Shown here: positions 63,785 through 64,000 of the stretch, piece after piece
Position numbering within the stretch: position 1 is the stretch's first letter
Layout: each line of letters begins with the position of its first letter
Origin: Camelus ferus
Lineage: Eukaryota
NCBI RefSeq assembly: GCF_009834535.1
Contig: NC_045696.1
Coordinates: 85,004,001 to 85,068,000 of the forward strand
DNA: 64,000 nucleotides
Direction of reading: 5' to 3'
The notes under the pieces: model-generated
What the model was told of the DNA's origin: nothing
What the model saw: only the letters and a program-made list of their open reading frames with translations
Database searches by the model: none
Translations under genes and position numbers: made by a program

Positions 63785-64000
63785 CATATAATATTCTTTA
63801 TATGAAGTTTTAGAATGGGCAAAATTATCAGAACAGTAGCTGTCACTATAAGTTTGGAATTGGGATTGAATTGGAAAGAGCATGGGTCTACTTTCAGGGA
63901 CAATGGTAATATGTCATAACTTCACAGGGGATTTGGTTACACAGGCAAAATAATTTGTCTAAAGTTAGGCAATGTACATTTAATATTTTTGCATTTCATT
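63785..64000 (+). mobile_element. L1ME-type 3' end (runs off the window)
   Basis: TATATGAAGTTTTAGAATGGGCAAAA..TGGAAAGAGCATG..ACTTTC..ATGGTAATATG..TTGGTTACACAGG. Confidence 0.7.

Overview
AT-rich, CpG-poor mammalian DNA, probably from a camelid (inferred from a camelid-type tRNA-derived SINE at ~37.6 kb and artiodactyl-type L1 3' ends). I found no intact protein-coding gene, rRNA, true tRNA or CRISPR array. The short ORFs in the track are chance ORFs or decayed transposon sequence. The main structure is a ~9.6 kb, heavily decayed class I (gammaretrovirus-like, ERV1) provirus at ~20802-30377 (+). It reads: 5' LTR, tRNA-Gln primer-binding site, leader with splice donor, gag remnant, AT-rich segment in place of protease and the RT core, then RT-connection/RNase H/integrase remnants, env TM remnant and 3' LTR. 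Two later L1 insertions sit inside it. The rest is a mosaic of L1, L2, MIR, MaLR/ERVL LTRs, hAT DNA transposons and microsatellites. Also worth checking: a possible PIF/Harbinger transposase fossil (~6.85-7.11 kb), possible promoter/first-exon use of the ERV 5' end, a 58-bp L1 insertion with a perfect TSD, candidate exons, and isolated CTCF/RFX/E-box motifs. Repeat subfamily names come from recalled consensus sequences, not a database search, and most boundaries are approximate.
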